This document shows positions 29,879 to 39,327 of a stretch of DNA of 64,000 bases, in pieces. A program made the translations under genes and the position numbers. The DNA comes from Nitrososphaeria archaeon (GTDB lineage: Archaea > Thermoproteota > Nitrososphaeria > Nitrososphaerales > JANXEG01), in assembly GCA_029775915.1 (NCBI GenBank), contig JARVKA010000004.1, positions 56,015 through 120,014 of the forward strand, read 5' to 3'. The notes under the pieces were generated by a model. That model worked only from the letters and a program-made list of their open reading frames with translations, made no database searches and was not told the DNA's origin. Each line of letters begins with the position of its first letter. The first letter of the stretch is position 1.

Positions 29879-30529
29879 TCAATTTATTATTATTGAATTG
29901 ATTATATTTTTTGCTCTTTCTACAGCTTTAATTATATATGAATCATAAAAATTAAGATTTTCCATTCTATTAAGAAAAGTTTCAACTTTATCATATATTT
30001 CTCTTAATTGCTGATTTTTCACTTCATTATTCATAGGCTTTTCTCCTTGAAGCTTTATACCACCTTCCATAAAGCCTTCAGGGAAGTACCAATTCTTAAA
30101 TCCACTAAAGCCTAAGTTGAATAACTTGTAGCCTAAACGGCTTACTGGTATTGGGAAGTTAGCATCGAGTTGCCTCCTCGTTTCCTCATCATTGTAATAC
30201 TCAACATAAATACTCTCTCCTAAATTTATAGAGTTTGAAAAGTGTGATAATAATTTATCCTCGAAAATAGAATCAAAATAATTGAAAACTCGCCCTCCTA
30301 AATTTATAAAATCGTTAATACCGAAGAATTCTACCCAAGGTTTATAATAGGGCTTTCTACCATAAAAGACCTTAACGTATAAAAGAGGAGCTTCTTCATT
30401 ACCATTCTTTAAGTATATATCTAAGTTTATCTCCTCTTTAAACCTCCCTTTCGAGAGTCTTTTTGCATAAATTGTTAAGTTATTAATTACAATACCTTTA
30501 ACTATATCCTTAACAGCAACCTCCAGCAT
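29879..30529 (-). CDS. conserved-looking hypothetical protein
   Basis: Clean 216-aa ORF (…WYFPEGFMEGGIKLQGEK…). It is possibly a DUF-type archaeal family, but I cannot assign it. Confidence 0.55.
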   Translation of the reverse strand: MLEVAVKDIVKGIVINNLTIYAKRLSKGRFKEEINLDIYLKNGNEEAPLLYVKVFYGRKPYYKPWVEFFGINDFINLGGRVFNYFDSIFEDKLLSHFSNSINLGESIYVEYYNDEETRRQLDANFPIPVSRLGYKLFNLGFSGFKNWYFPEGFMEGGIKLQGEKPMNNEVKNQQLREIYDKVETFLNRMENLNFYDSYIIKAVERAKNIINSIIIN

Positions 30530-30600
30530 CTTTAATCTTATATAACAGTTTAATACAATAAATTTATCATTAATAATACTTCAATCGTTAATAAATATAG

Positions 30601-31029
30601 TGATGATGGTTTCACATAAAAAAGATGTAGATAAAGGGTATAGGAATATATTCGTACTGGGTTTGTGAGCTTCTTTACGGATGTCTCAACTGAAATGATT
30701 CTTGGAATCATTCCATTTTTATCATTAAAGAATTTAGTAGTACGAAAATGATTCTTGGATTAATCGAAGGTTTGGGAGAAGTTATTGGTTACATAATAAG
30801 AATGGCATCTGGTGTTATATCTGATAAAATAGGTAAAAAGATTTTATTATGTTAGGTTATTGATTATTAAGCCACTTTTTATTTCTCACAAATTTGGACT
30901 CATGCACTTTTAATTAGAGTGAGTGACCGAACTGGTAAGGGTTTAAGAACAGCTCCACGAGATGCTTTAATTGGCGAATCTATAAAGGATAAGGATATGG
31001 GAAGCTCAATAGCTTTTGATATAGTATGA
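30601..31029 (+). pseudogene. remnant of an MFS transporter gene (N-terminal part only, with stops)
   Basis: Translation gives NIFVLGL*ASFTDVSTEMILGIIPF..., LGLIEGLGEVIGYIIRMASGVISDKIGKK, then after stops RVSDRTGKGLRTAPRDALI. These are typical MFS_1 N-terminal blocks, and no full-length ORF exists. Confidence 0.65.
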
Positions 31030-31078
31030 TTACATCGATAATTATGATGCTTGTGTTTATAAAGACTAAAGATAAAGG

Positions 31079-32392
31079 TTATGGATTTATTCTTGTAATC
31101 GTTCTTGGGAAGAGAGTAGCAGCTCTAATATGCTTTAATCCACAAAGCCAATATGTTAATCTCTCAACACCTATACCGAATCCTGAGTGTGGTGGTAAAC
31201 CATATTTTCTTAACTCTAAATACCATTCGAATGATTTTATTGGTAAATCTTGAGCCTCCAATCTCTTTAATAATGTATTGTAATCATGTAACCTTTGACC
31301 GCCTGTAGCGAGCTCACCATAACCTTCAGGTGCAAATAAATCTGATGATAAAGTTATTCTTTCATCATCCGATTTTGTCATATGGTAAAAGCTTCTAGCA
31401 CTTAATGGATACTCAATAATGAAGAATGGTGTTTCATAACTCTTAGATATCTCCCTTTCAACCTCTGTTGGTAAATCATCACCCCAATTAAATTTTATAC
31501 CCTTTTTATTCGCAAATTCATAAACATCATTATAAGTTATTCTAGGGAATGGTGGTTTAATCTCTTTTAAACTTCTACCTAAAATTTGAAGCTCATTATT
31601 TTTATTCTCAATCACTCTTTTAACTACATATGATAAAAGCTCTTCTTGAAGTTTCAAATTATCATCGAAATTAGCGAATGCTTGCTCAGCCTCAATCATC
31701 CAAAATTCTGTAAGATGTCTAGGCGTTTTAGACTTCTCAGCTCTAAAAGCGGGTTGAATAACGAAAACCTTCTCGAATGCACAAATACTCGCCTCTTCAT
31801 AAAGTTGAGCGCTTTGGGTTAAATACGCTTGTTGATTGAAATAATTTAAAGAAAAGAGTGTAGCCCCACCTTCACAAGCGGATTGAACCAATATAGGTGC
31901 ATTAATCAATGTGAAACCTTTATTAATGAAGAAATCGATAGCTGATAATATTACCTCAGCTCTAATTCTCATTATCGCTATAGACTTTTTACCGCGGATT
32001 GAAAGGTGCCTCTTATCATATAAAAATTTTGGCGATTTAATAGCGCTTTTTGTAATTGGCCACTTTTCCGCAGGGCTTATAACCTCAAAATTTCTCACTG
32101 AAATCTCTTTCCCACCAGGTGCTCTTCGATCGATTTTAACTATGCCAGATACCATTACTGCAGACTCTTTTGTTACCTTCTTCAAAGCCTCCAATGCATT
32201 ATTATCAGTCACACCAATTTTACCAGCTACTTGAATATAACCAGTACCATCTCTAATTATTGCAAAAGTTATTCCTCCCACAATGCTTTTCGATGCTACC
32301 CATCCTAAAATTGTAACCTCTCTACCCTCAGGTAGATTGAAAACTTCCTTCACCGAAATTCTTGAAGTTTGTTGATTAATTTTTTGAGCCAT
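31079..32392 (-). CDS. asnS: asparagine--tRNA ligase (class IIb; AspRS is the alternative)
   Basis: N-terminal OB fold plus class II motifs (FRAEKSKTPRHLTEFWMIEAEQAF; GFGIGVERL). The FWM-x-E-x-E block and the FPRT tail look more like AsnRS than archaeal AspRS. Confidence 0.75.
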   Translation of the reverse strand: MAQKINQQTSRISVKEVFNLPEGREVTILGWVASKSIVGGITFAIIRDGTGYIQVAGKIGVTDNNALEALKKVTKESAVMVSGIVKIDRRAPGGKEISVRNFEVISPAEKWPITKSAIKSPKFLYDKRHLSIRGKKSIAIMRIRAEVILSAIDFFINKGFTLINAPILVQSACEGGATLFSLNYFNQQAYLTQSAQLYEEASICAFEKVFVIQPAFRAEKSKTPRHLTEFWMIEAEQAFANFDDNLKLQEELLSYVVKRVIENKNNELQILGRSLKEIKPPFPRITYNDVYEFANKKGIKFNWGDDLPTEVEREISKSYETPFFIIEYPLSARSFYHMTKSDDERITLSSDLFAPEGYGELATGGQRLHDYNTLLKRLEAQDLPIKSFEWYLELRKYGLPPHSGFGIGVERLTYWLCGLKHIRAATLFPRTITRINP

Positions 32393-32451
32393 ATCTACAC
32401 AATAAAACTCTTTTGGAACTTTAAATCTTATCTCTCATTTTAATGAGAGAC

Positions 32452-33630
32452 TCATGCGTTTACATAACTTTGAATTATATTTACAATATTCTCCAACCCG
32501 TTATACTTTAATGAGATTATTCTTAATTGCTCCACATTTTTCTTATACTCATTATTATAAATGATATTCTTTACGGCCTCAACTATTTGTTTAACGGTTA
32601 CATTTGCTGAATTAATCGATAAGCCACATTTAAGCTTCTCCACTTTTTCAGCATTCTTCATTTGTTCAGAGTGCTTGTAAATAGGTATGCATACCATTGG
32701 TTTTCCAAATGTAATTGCTTGAGCTATAGTAGAGTGCCCTCCTCTAATTACAACCATATCTGCTAAAGAGAATAATTTATCTTTAATTGGGCACCACTCA
32801 TAATACCATCCACCAGTTATTTTAATAGGTTCTATAGCTCCATTCGGTATCCCGCCAGAAATTATAAAGTTAAAATCTTCAGCTAAAACTTCCGCAACTT
32901 TAAACATAATCTTAATGAGCTTCATCCCGGTTTTGCTAGGCCCACTAATTTGAGCATAAATTATAGGCTTATTCTCATTAAGGCTCAATTTTTTAATTAT
33001 TAAATTCTTCTCACTTTCATTTACAAATACTTGTGAGATAATGAAGCCTATATAACGGGTTTTTTTCAATGTGGATTTAATACCCCATAAATTGGCTTCT
33101 GAGATTGTATAAGGTGGGGGCAAATCTGGGATTAAGATTAAATCGCTAAGGCTCCAAAGTTCACCAATCAACTCTCCATGAATACACTCAATAAGATGGG
33201 CGATTCGTGAATTTTTAGTTAATGGTAAAAGTATTTTAATTTGATTCAATATTGTGATACATGGTATTTTTAAAAATGATGAAGCGAGTAATGCTGATAA
33301 TCTAGAATCTGAGAGAATCAAATGTGGATTAAATTCCTTTATATAATCAAACTCACTTAAAACTTGCCTTGTGAAATTTACAAGTGCGTGAGGGAATTGG
33401 CGAATACTCTTTTTATAAGAGAAGTTACCTTCATTATCCCAACCCACATCAACTGTAGCAACATGATTGCATATAAAACCATTATTCATTAAAAATTTTA
33501 AGCTATCTGTTGATGAAGATGAGAATTTAATTTTAAAACCATCCCTCTCTAACCTTTTAGCAACTAATAACATTCGAGTTGCATGGCCTAAACCTGAACC
33601 GAAAATAGGAATGTAAATACGCCGTTCCAA
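32452..33630 (-). CDS. GT-B glycosyltransferase (GT1/GT28, MurG/UGT-like)
   Basis: N-terminal GSGLGHATR motif and C-terminal RGGHSTIAQAITFGKPMVCIP...EQ donor-binding motif. Confidence 0.75.
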   Translation of the reverse strand: MERRIYIPIFGSGLGHATRMLLVAKRLERDGFKIKFSSSSTDSLKFLMNNGFICNHVATVDVGWDNEGNFSYKKSIRQFPHALVNFTRQVLSEFDYIKEFNPHLILSDSRLSALLASSFLKIPCITILNQIKILLPLTKNSRIAHLIECIHGELIGELWSLSDLILIPDLPPPYTISEANLWGIKSTLKKTRYIGFIISQVFVNESEKNLIIKKLSLNENKPIIYAQISGPSKTGMKLIKIMFKVAEVLAEDFNFIISGGIPNGAIEPIKITGGWYYEWCPIKDKLFSLADMVVIRGGHSTIAQAITFGKPMVCIPIYKHSEQMKNAEKVEKLKCGLSINSANVTVKQIVEAVKNIIYNNEYKKNVEQLRIISLKYNGLENIVNIIQSYVNA

Positions 33631-33640
33631 AAAGCTCCCT

Positions 33641-34264
33641 TTATTCTAACTTTTTTCTAACTACTTTACCTCTAGGTGATAATTCTTCAAATACAATCCC
33701 TTGAAACTTGTATATTTTAGTATCAGGTAGGAGCCAACAATCTGGAGGTGCACCAGCTTTTATACATGTATGGCAAAGAAAATCCTCTACATCCCATCCA
33801 TACTCAATAGGAACTTGGGGTAAAAGTAATCCACTACCAAATTTCCACTCAACTATAAGGCCATCACGACCAACTTTAATTTTAGATAAATATTCTTTAG
33901 GAGATTTTACTCGAATCAATTCAGGCGGTGTTAAAACACTCACTTCAATCACAATATCATCCAATTCATTAGGGCTTACAGGTGGAAATCGTGGATCTTC
34001 AACCGCTGAGCTAATTGCAGCTTCAATCAATCCCTCTATTAAGGGCTTATTAGGCATAGGTAAACCGATACATCCTCGAAGTACTTTTTCACCACTTACA
34101 ATCTTATTCAATGTTACAAAAACTCCAGCTTTTTCCCTTAATTTCGATGGTATATCAGATGGTAATTTTATTATCTTCCCATCTCTTACATAACTCTCAA
34201 CTGTAGCTCTAGCGATTTTAACCAAATATTCACCTTCACTATCGGTAATCTCCAAATGACTCAC
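33641..34264 (-). CDS. AMMECR1 domain protein
   Basis: Family signature LRGCIG and DPRFPP. Length is 207 aa. Confidence 0.85.
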   Translation of the reverse strand: MSHLEITDSEGEYLVKIARATVESYVRDGKIIKLPSDIPSKLREKAGVFVTLNKIVSGEKVLRGCIGLPMPNKPLIEGLIEAAISSAVEDPRFPPVSPNELDDIVIEVSVLTPPELIRVKSPKEYLSKIKVGRDGLIVEWKFGSGLLLPQVPIEYGWDVEDFLCHTCIKAGAPPDCWLLPDTKIYKFQGIVFEELSPRGKVVRKKLE

Positions 34265-34270
34265 CTATAT

Positions 34271-34768
34271 TCACTCTGGATTTTTATTTTTAATTGCTCT
34301 TAATTTTTGCTCAACATGCTCAGAAAAAATTTTAAGTTTACGCCAATGGCTTCCTTCCCAATACAATTTCTCACATGATTCACATTTATAAAATTCTGAA
34401 TATCTCAAGGTAATATTTTTTGGTAAATCTTTAGAAATTTCATCCCTTGATACTTTAATTAAAAAACCATTACAAATGGGGCATCGACTCGGTGTTAAAT
34501 AACAATTTTCCAACCCTAACTTCAACATTACCGATACCATTCTATCTTCATCATTATTATCAGTAAGTAAAAGTGCATCCAAGCCTCTCTTCAAAGCGAT
34601 TTGAAATAAACCTTTATCTGATGTGAGAATCATTCTTTTATCATTCTCAGCTCGCTTTAATAAATGTTCATCATTATAATTTGCATTATATATGACATCA
34701 AATCCGAAAATTCGAAGTTTTCTCGCTAAACTACCTAACATACTATCCACTATAAAACGCACATTCAT
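34271..34768 (-). CDS. Mut7-C (DUF82) PIN-like RNase domain protein with C-terminal zinc ribbon
   Basis: FIVDSMLGSLARKLRIFGFD N-terminus plus CPICNG...CESCEKLYWEGSHW. Confidence 0.8.
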   Translation of the reverse strand: MNVRFIVDSMLGSLARKLRIFGFDVIYNANYNDEHLLKRAENDKRMILTSDKGLFQIALKRGLDALLLTDNNDEDRMVSVMLKLGLENCYLTPSRCPICNGFLIKVSRDEISKDLPKNITLRYSEFYKCESCEKLYWEGSHWRKLKIFSEHVEQKLRAIKNKNPE

Positions 34769-34934
34769 AACTTACCGACTTCTTATTATCTTTTCATTTA
34801 TATACACTTTTTTATAAGTATTGGGAATTGTTGAGAAAAAATGAGTTGGAGTAAATAAAATCATTTGTATAATTTTAGTTTTAAACTTATTATTTTGCTA
34901 TTTACGTTTTCTGAATATTTTGTTTTAATTAAAG

Positions 34935-35215
34935 TCACATACATAATCGAAGCGGGTTTCAACAAGCTTGCGCCTTCCTCTTCGTTGCGCGCTACCTTAG
35001 CTACGTATGCGTTCCTGCCTAAAATTAAGTTAGTTGCTGATTTCGTGGAGGATGCTGTTGGAGGAGAATAACGCGTCTCCTTAGACCCTACAGTGTCGAC
35101 TGCATAACCAGGCTTCATAACCCCGAGATCCCTTATTTACTCTCCGAAGAAAGTTCCTTATCAATGCGCTCGATGAGTAAAGTTGATGTGGCCTATCCTG
35201 ATATTTTATCCTTTA
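34935..35215 (-). ncRNA. candidate structured non-coding RNA (identity unresolved; SRP/7S-sized)
   Basis: By my count 34951-35130 is about 50% G+C, against 10 of 60 G+C in 34861-34920. A minus-strand UUCG-capped hairpin ACUUUC-UUCG-GAGAGU lies at 35139-35154. A 6-bp hairpin lies at 35062-35081. Distal pairing GGGUU/AACCC plus AAGC/GCUU (34954-34967 with 35112-35124) closes a ~170-nt domain. The ORFs here have no protein-like features. Confidence 0.3.
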
Positions 35216-35562
35216 GACGCCTAAATTTTATTCATTTTCTCACGTTTTATGCTAATGTTCTATTAGTCATCGCTAACAAAAAAGAGTGTGTGAGGCATCT
35301 CCAGTTATTGGTGGGTTCAAATCCTACCTAGCATCAATAGTAATGTTAGATTTATACCAACTGTTTTAACATTGCTAATCCTTACTCTTCACATATTCTT
35401 ATCTCAATTGTTTACAATGTGTTTACTTATTGTAAACTTGCACAAGAATTGGATTTCCTTAATGCTAAGAACCTCTAATATAATTCAAACGCCTTTAATC
35501 ATCACTTAAACCTAAAGATTTAAGTATTACTTTTTTATAAAAAAGTAATAAGGGAAAAAAAA

Positions 35563-36234
35563 ATGGTTGATCGATCTTTAATTGAGAAAGCAAGAGATTT
35601 GCATGGTCATATATGCCCCTTTTTAATTTTGGGTTTAAGAGCTTCTGAAATAGCTTTGAAAAAACTTGGTATTGAAAAAGTTGGTGAAAGGGAGAGTGTT
35701 AGAGAGGATATTTTAGCCATTATTGAGTGTAATAATTGCTTTGCTGATGGTGTGCAAGTTGCAACTGGTTGCACATTTGGAAATAATTGCTTAATATATC
35801 TTGATGTTGGTAAGAATGCATTAACATTGGTTAAAAGGAGTGATTGGGAAGGTGTAAGAGTTTATATCGATGGAGAAAAAATTCGTGAAAAATACTTTAA
35901 AAAGGAGGCTTTAGAGCTCTTTGAAAAGGTTATTGTAAAGAAAGAAGGTAATTCAAAAGATATTGAAAAGTTGAGAGAGATGTGGATGGAAATTGGTTAC
36001 AATATGAGCAATATTTCTGAAGATGAATTTAAAATCGAAAAGATTAAATTAAAAGGGATTGAGAGAGCACCAATTTTTGAAAGTTTGAGATGTGAAAAGT
36101 GTGGAGAGCTCGTTATGAAAACTAAAATTGTTTCTATCAATGGAAAAGCGGTATGCTTAAGTTGTTTAGGTGAGTGTGAGGCGGTTGTTGGAAGAGGCAT
36201 ATTATCAAACTTTAAAATCCCATACGTTAGGTGA
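35563..36234 (+). CDS. FmdE-family protein with C-terminal zinc ribbon
   Basis: HGHICPFLILGLRA motif plus CEKCGE...CLSC. It overlaps the next gene by 4 nt. Confidence 0.8.
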   Translation: MVDRSLIEKARDLHGHICPFLILGLRASEIALKKLGIEKVGERESVREDILAIIECNNCFADGVQVATGCTFGNNCLIYLDVGKNALTLVKRSDWEGVRVYIDGEKIREKYFKKEALELFEKVIVKKEGNSKDIEKLREMWMEIGYNMSNISEDEFKIEKIKLKGIERAPIFESLRCEKCGELVMKTKIVSINGKAVCLSCLGECEAVVGRGILSNFKIPYVR

Positions 36235-37397
36235 GTATTATGAATAAAAAAGGCTTAACTAAATTGCAATTGATAATTATAATCGCGATTATAGCTATAG
36301 CGATTATAACTACCCCTTTATCGATTAACCTTTACTTATCATCGAAGCAAACAACTCAACAACCATTACCATCAAAGAGTTACTTGATAGATATTTTGGG
36401 TAGAAATGTTACCTTACCTGAAAGAATTAATCGTATAGTGGCAATAGGTCCTGGAATGCTCCGATTGGTATGTTATTTGAATGCTTATGAGTTAATCGTT
36501 GGCGTTGAAGAGAGTGAGATAAGTTGGGGCTTTATTGGTAGAGATTACGCTATGGCTTTTGGCGAAAACTTCAAAAAACTTCCAATTATAGGCCCGGGAG
36601 GTCCAGGTAAACCTCCAGCACCCGAGTTGATATTAACAGTTAAGCCAGACCTCATAATTATGTCACGTACATACGTTGAGATGTATGATCCAAATAGATT
36701 AGAGATTGAAACAAACTCTAAGGTTATTGTGATGGATTATGGTATACCAGGATACTTAGATGTTAAAACTTTCATTGAAGCATTAAGAACTCTTGGGCAA
36801 GTTTTAAACAAAAAAGAAAGAGTTGAGGATTTGATTAAATTTGTAAATAATTTATGTAAAGATTTAGAAGTGAGAACTAAGGATATATCTTCAAGACCTA
36901 AAGTTTACGTGGGTGCAGTATCTTACAGAGGCCCTCAACCTTTCACTACTACTCAAATATCCTTCCCTCCCCTAACTCTCTTGCACACTTCATCTATTGC
37001 TGATAAATATTCAAACAAAACTGGTGTCTTCTTTTGGAATTTCGAAGCTATACTTAAAGAGCAACCTGATATAATCTTCATCGATGAAGGAAACTTAAAT
37101 ACTGTAAAGCAAGACTTTGATAAAGATCCATCTAAATACTTAAAGCTAAATGCTTTTAAAAATAATCGTGTTTTTGGAACTCTCCCTTACAACTATTACC
37201 ATACGAATATCGCAGTAGCTTTAGCTGATGCATATTATATAGGCAAAGTTTTGTATCCAGAAAAGTTTGCTGATATAGATTCAGAAAAGAAAGCTGATGA
37301 AATATTCAATGCTTTTCTTGGTAAACCTCTTTATCAATCTTATAAAGAGGTATATGGTGGCTTCAAAAACTTATCTGAACTTTTCAAAGTGTCTTAA
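36231..37397 (+). CDS. ABC transporter substrate-binding protein (Fe-siderophore/cobalamin PBP type 2), membrane-anchored
   Basis: N-terminal TM anchor, then RIVAIGPGMLRLVCYL and DLIIMS blocks typical of Peripla_BP_2. Confidence 0.8.
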   Translation: MSIMNKKGLTKLQLIIIIAIIAIAIITTPLSINLYLSSKQTTQQPLPSKSYLIDILGRNVTLPERINRIVAIGPGMLRLVCYLNAYELIVGVEESEISWGFIGRDYAMAFGENFKKLPIIGPGGPGKPPAPELILTVKPDLIIMSRTYVEMYDPNRLEIETNSKVIVMDYGIPGYLDVKTFIEALRTLGQVLNKKERVEDLIKFVNNLCKDLEVRTKDISSRPKVYVGAVSYRGPQPFTTTQISFPPLTLLHTSSIADKYSNKTGVFFWNFEAILKEQPDIIFIDEGNLNTVKQDFDKDPSKYLKLNAFKNNRVFGTLPYNYYHTNIAVALADAYYIGKVLYPEKFADIDSEKKADEIFNAFLGKPLYQSYKEVYGGFKNLSELFKVS

Positions 37398-37399
37398 AA

Positions 37400-38449
37400 T
37401 TGTTAATGAGAAATTATAAAAGACAAAAGCAATTAATTTTAACCACATTAATTTTTTTAACATTTTTTATAATACCTATTTCTGTAGGTTTAGGATGGTA
37501 TAAAATCCCTTTTTTCGATATTATTCGAGTTATCTTTATGCCTGATAATAGTGTATTATCAACAATTGTTTGGGATTTGAGACTTAGGCGTGTTTTAGCT
37601 GCAATTTTTATAGGTGCGGTTTTAGGAGGTTCTGGTGCTGCAATGCAAGCATCCATGAGGAATTACTTAGCTTCTCCATTCACATTCGGGCTTCCATTCG
37701 CAGCTTCTCTAGGTGTTGCGATATCACTCTTAATTTTGCATGGAGGGGAGATTCAAAGATTTCGAATATTGGTTCATAACCCATTTATCGTTCCAATCTT
37801 TGCTTTCATCTTTTGCCTTATTCAAGTCTTTATTATACTTCTTCTCGCTCATAAGGCTGGATTAAGCGCTGGCGCTCTCATACTCTCATCTATCGCTATA
37901 TCCTTTGCATATCAAGCCATTCTTTACTTACTTCAATACTTTTACTTAAATGAGATACTTGTTTCTACAGTTATCTTTTGGACATTTGGTGATTTGGGTA
38001 GAATAGCGTGGATTGAGCTTAATCTCGTTGTTATAGTATCTATAGCGATAGTTATACCTTACTTTATTCTTAGAAGTTTAGATTATGATCTTATTTTGAG
38101 TGGAGATGAATTAACAAAGTCTACGGGTGTAAGTCCTCAAAGGATTAGGCTTGAAACAACGATTGTGGCAGCTTTAGCAACATCCCTTGCAACATCTTTT
38201 GTAGGCGTTATAGGCTTTATCGGTTTAGTAGCCCCTCACATTGCGAGACTTGTCTTTGGGGGTGGGCATCGATACTTAATACCAGCCTCAATGATTTTAG
38301 GTTCATTAATATTAACTCTTTCAGATACTATTGGTAGAGTTATTATAGCACCAGTAACAATTCCCGTTGGAATAATGAGCTCACTTATTGGCGTCCCACT
38401 ATTAATTTATCTTTTAATTAAAGGTGGGATGCATGGTTATAGAGATTAA
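37400..38449 (+). CDS. FecCD/BtuC-family ABC permease
   Basis: About 9-10 TM segments with family blocks (LRLRRVLAAIFIGAVLGGSGAAMQ; GFIGLVAPHIAR). Confidence 0.9.
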   Translation: MLMRNYKRQKQLILTTLIFLTFFIIPISVGLGWYKIPFFDIIRVIFMPDNSVLSTIVWDLRLRRVLAAIFIGAVLGGSGAAMQASMRNYLASPFTFGLPFAASLGVAISLLILHGGEIQRFRILVHNPFIVPIFAFIFCLIQVFIILLLAHKAGLSAGALILSSIAISFAYQAILYLLQYFYLNEILVSTVIFWTFGDLGRIAWIELNLVVIVSIAIVIPYFILRSLDYDLILSGDELTKSTGVSPQRIRLETTIVAALATSLATSFVGVIGFIGLVAPHIARLVFGGGHRYLIPASMILGSLILTLSDTIGRVIIAPVTIPVGIMSSLIGVPLLIYLLIKGGMHGYRD

Positions 38450-39194
38450 TGTTAAAGATGTTAAAGTTTATTATAAAAGTATTAAAGCTTTAGATGGAGT
38501 ATCTTTAAGTGTACATAATGGTGAGATATTATCTATAATAGGGCCTAACGGTGCGGGTAAAAGCACACTTTTAAAAGTGATTAATGGAGTTTTAAAGCCA
38601 AGAATGGGTGTAGTATTTATCAATGAAAAACCTTTAGAAAAAATCCCAAGAAAAGAAATCGCTCAAAAAACAGGAGTTGTTCCACAAAGGATTCGCTTAA
38701 TGGGTATGTTATCTGTTTATGATTTTGTAATGACTGGAAGAAGACCATATATTAACTTTACCCCATCAAAAATTGATGAAGAAAAGGTTTATGAGGCTTT
38801 AAAGATTGTGGATGCGATCGATTTTGTTGATAGAACTTTAGAAGAGCTTAGCGGTGGTGAGCTTCAAAGAGTTATTATTGCAAGAGCTTTAGCTGGTGAG
38901 CCAGAGGTTATGCTTTTAGATGAACCAACGAGTAATCTTGATTTAAAATACCAATTGGAGATTCTTAATCTTATAAAATCATTACGCTCAAAAGGCTTAG
39001 CTATAATCATGGCAATACATGATCTCACACAAGCTTATAGAGTATCTGATAAAGTCTTATTGCTAAATAAAGGGAAAGTATTCGCAGCTGGAGAGCCAGA
39101 TGATGTATTAAACCCAAAAACTATTTTTGATGTTTATGGTGTACCTATAATTGTAATTAAAGATTATAAATTAATCACCACTCTAGAGGTATAA
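38424..39194 (+). CDS. ABC transporter ATP-binding protein (FepC/BtuD type)
   Basis: Walker A GPNGAGKST, signature LSGGELQR, Walker B MLLDEPTS. Confidence 0.9.
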   Translation: MGCMVIEINVKDVKVYYKSIKALDGVSLSVHNGEILSIIGPNGAGKSTLLKVINGVLKPRMGVVFINEKPLEKIPRKEIAQKTGVVPQRIRLMGMLSVYDFVMTGRRPYINFTPSKIDEEKVYEALKIVDAIDFVDRTLEELSGGELQRVIIARALAGEPEVMLLDEPTSNLDLKYQLEILNLIKSLRSKGLAIIMAIHDLTQAYRVSDKVLLLNKGKVFAAGEPDDVLNPKTIFDVYGVPIIVIKDYKLITTLEV

Positions 39195-39269
39195 TGCTTA
39201 AAATGTAAGTAATAAGTAAAAAAATTCTTTATCATAACTCCACTTTTTAACAATTTGGATAATATCAAT

Positions 39270-39327
39270 AAAGGGTTATGGTGGGACTGCCCGGATTTGA
39301 ACCGGGGACCTTTCGGTTATCAGCCGA
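39270..39327. repeat. attL: 58-bp direct repeat, an orphan copy of the 3' part of tRNA-Ile
   Basis: AAAGGGTTATGGTGGGACTGCCCGGATTTGAACCGGGGACCTTTCGGTTATCAGCCGA is identical to 44359-44416. The flanking bases differ on both sides. Confidence 0.9.

Noticed and set aside
34861-35118. 85-aa minus-strand ORF and the overlapping 68-aa plus-strand ORF (34865-35071)
   Set aside because: Both lie in the G+C-rich island and have low-complexity, unprotein-like sequences. They overlap each other on opposite strands. The island is better explained as an RNA gene.
35120-35160. GAAGAAAGTTCC on the plus strand as a possible RNase P P4/CR-I motif (GAGGAAAGUCC)
   Set aside because: The match is imperfect. No matching CR-V (ACAnAAnnnGGnUUA) lies downstream, and the downstream sequence is AT-rich and unstructured. 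The same bases form a UUCG hairpin on the minus strand.
35311-35336. tRNA-like 3' fragment GTGGG-TTCAAAT-CCTAC-CTAGCAT-CA (T-arm plus acceptor 3' strand) on the plus strand
   Set aside because: An upstream ATGCTAA could pair as an acceptor 5' strand with one mismatch. However, I could not build an anticodon arm, and the D region would need a 21-nt loop. It may be an old att/tRNA remnant or chance, so it is not called as a tRNA.
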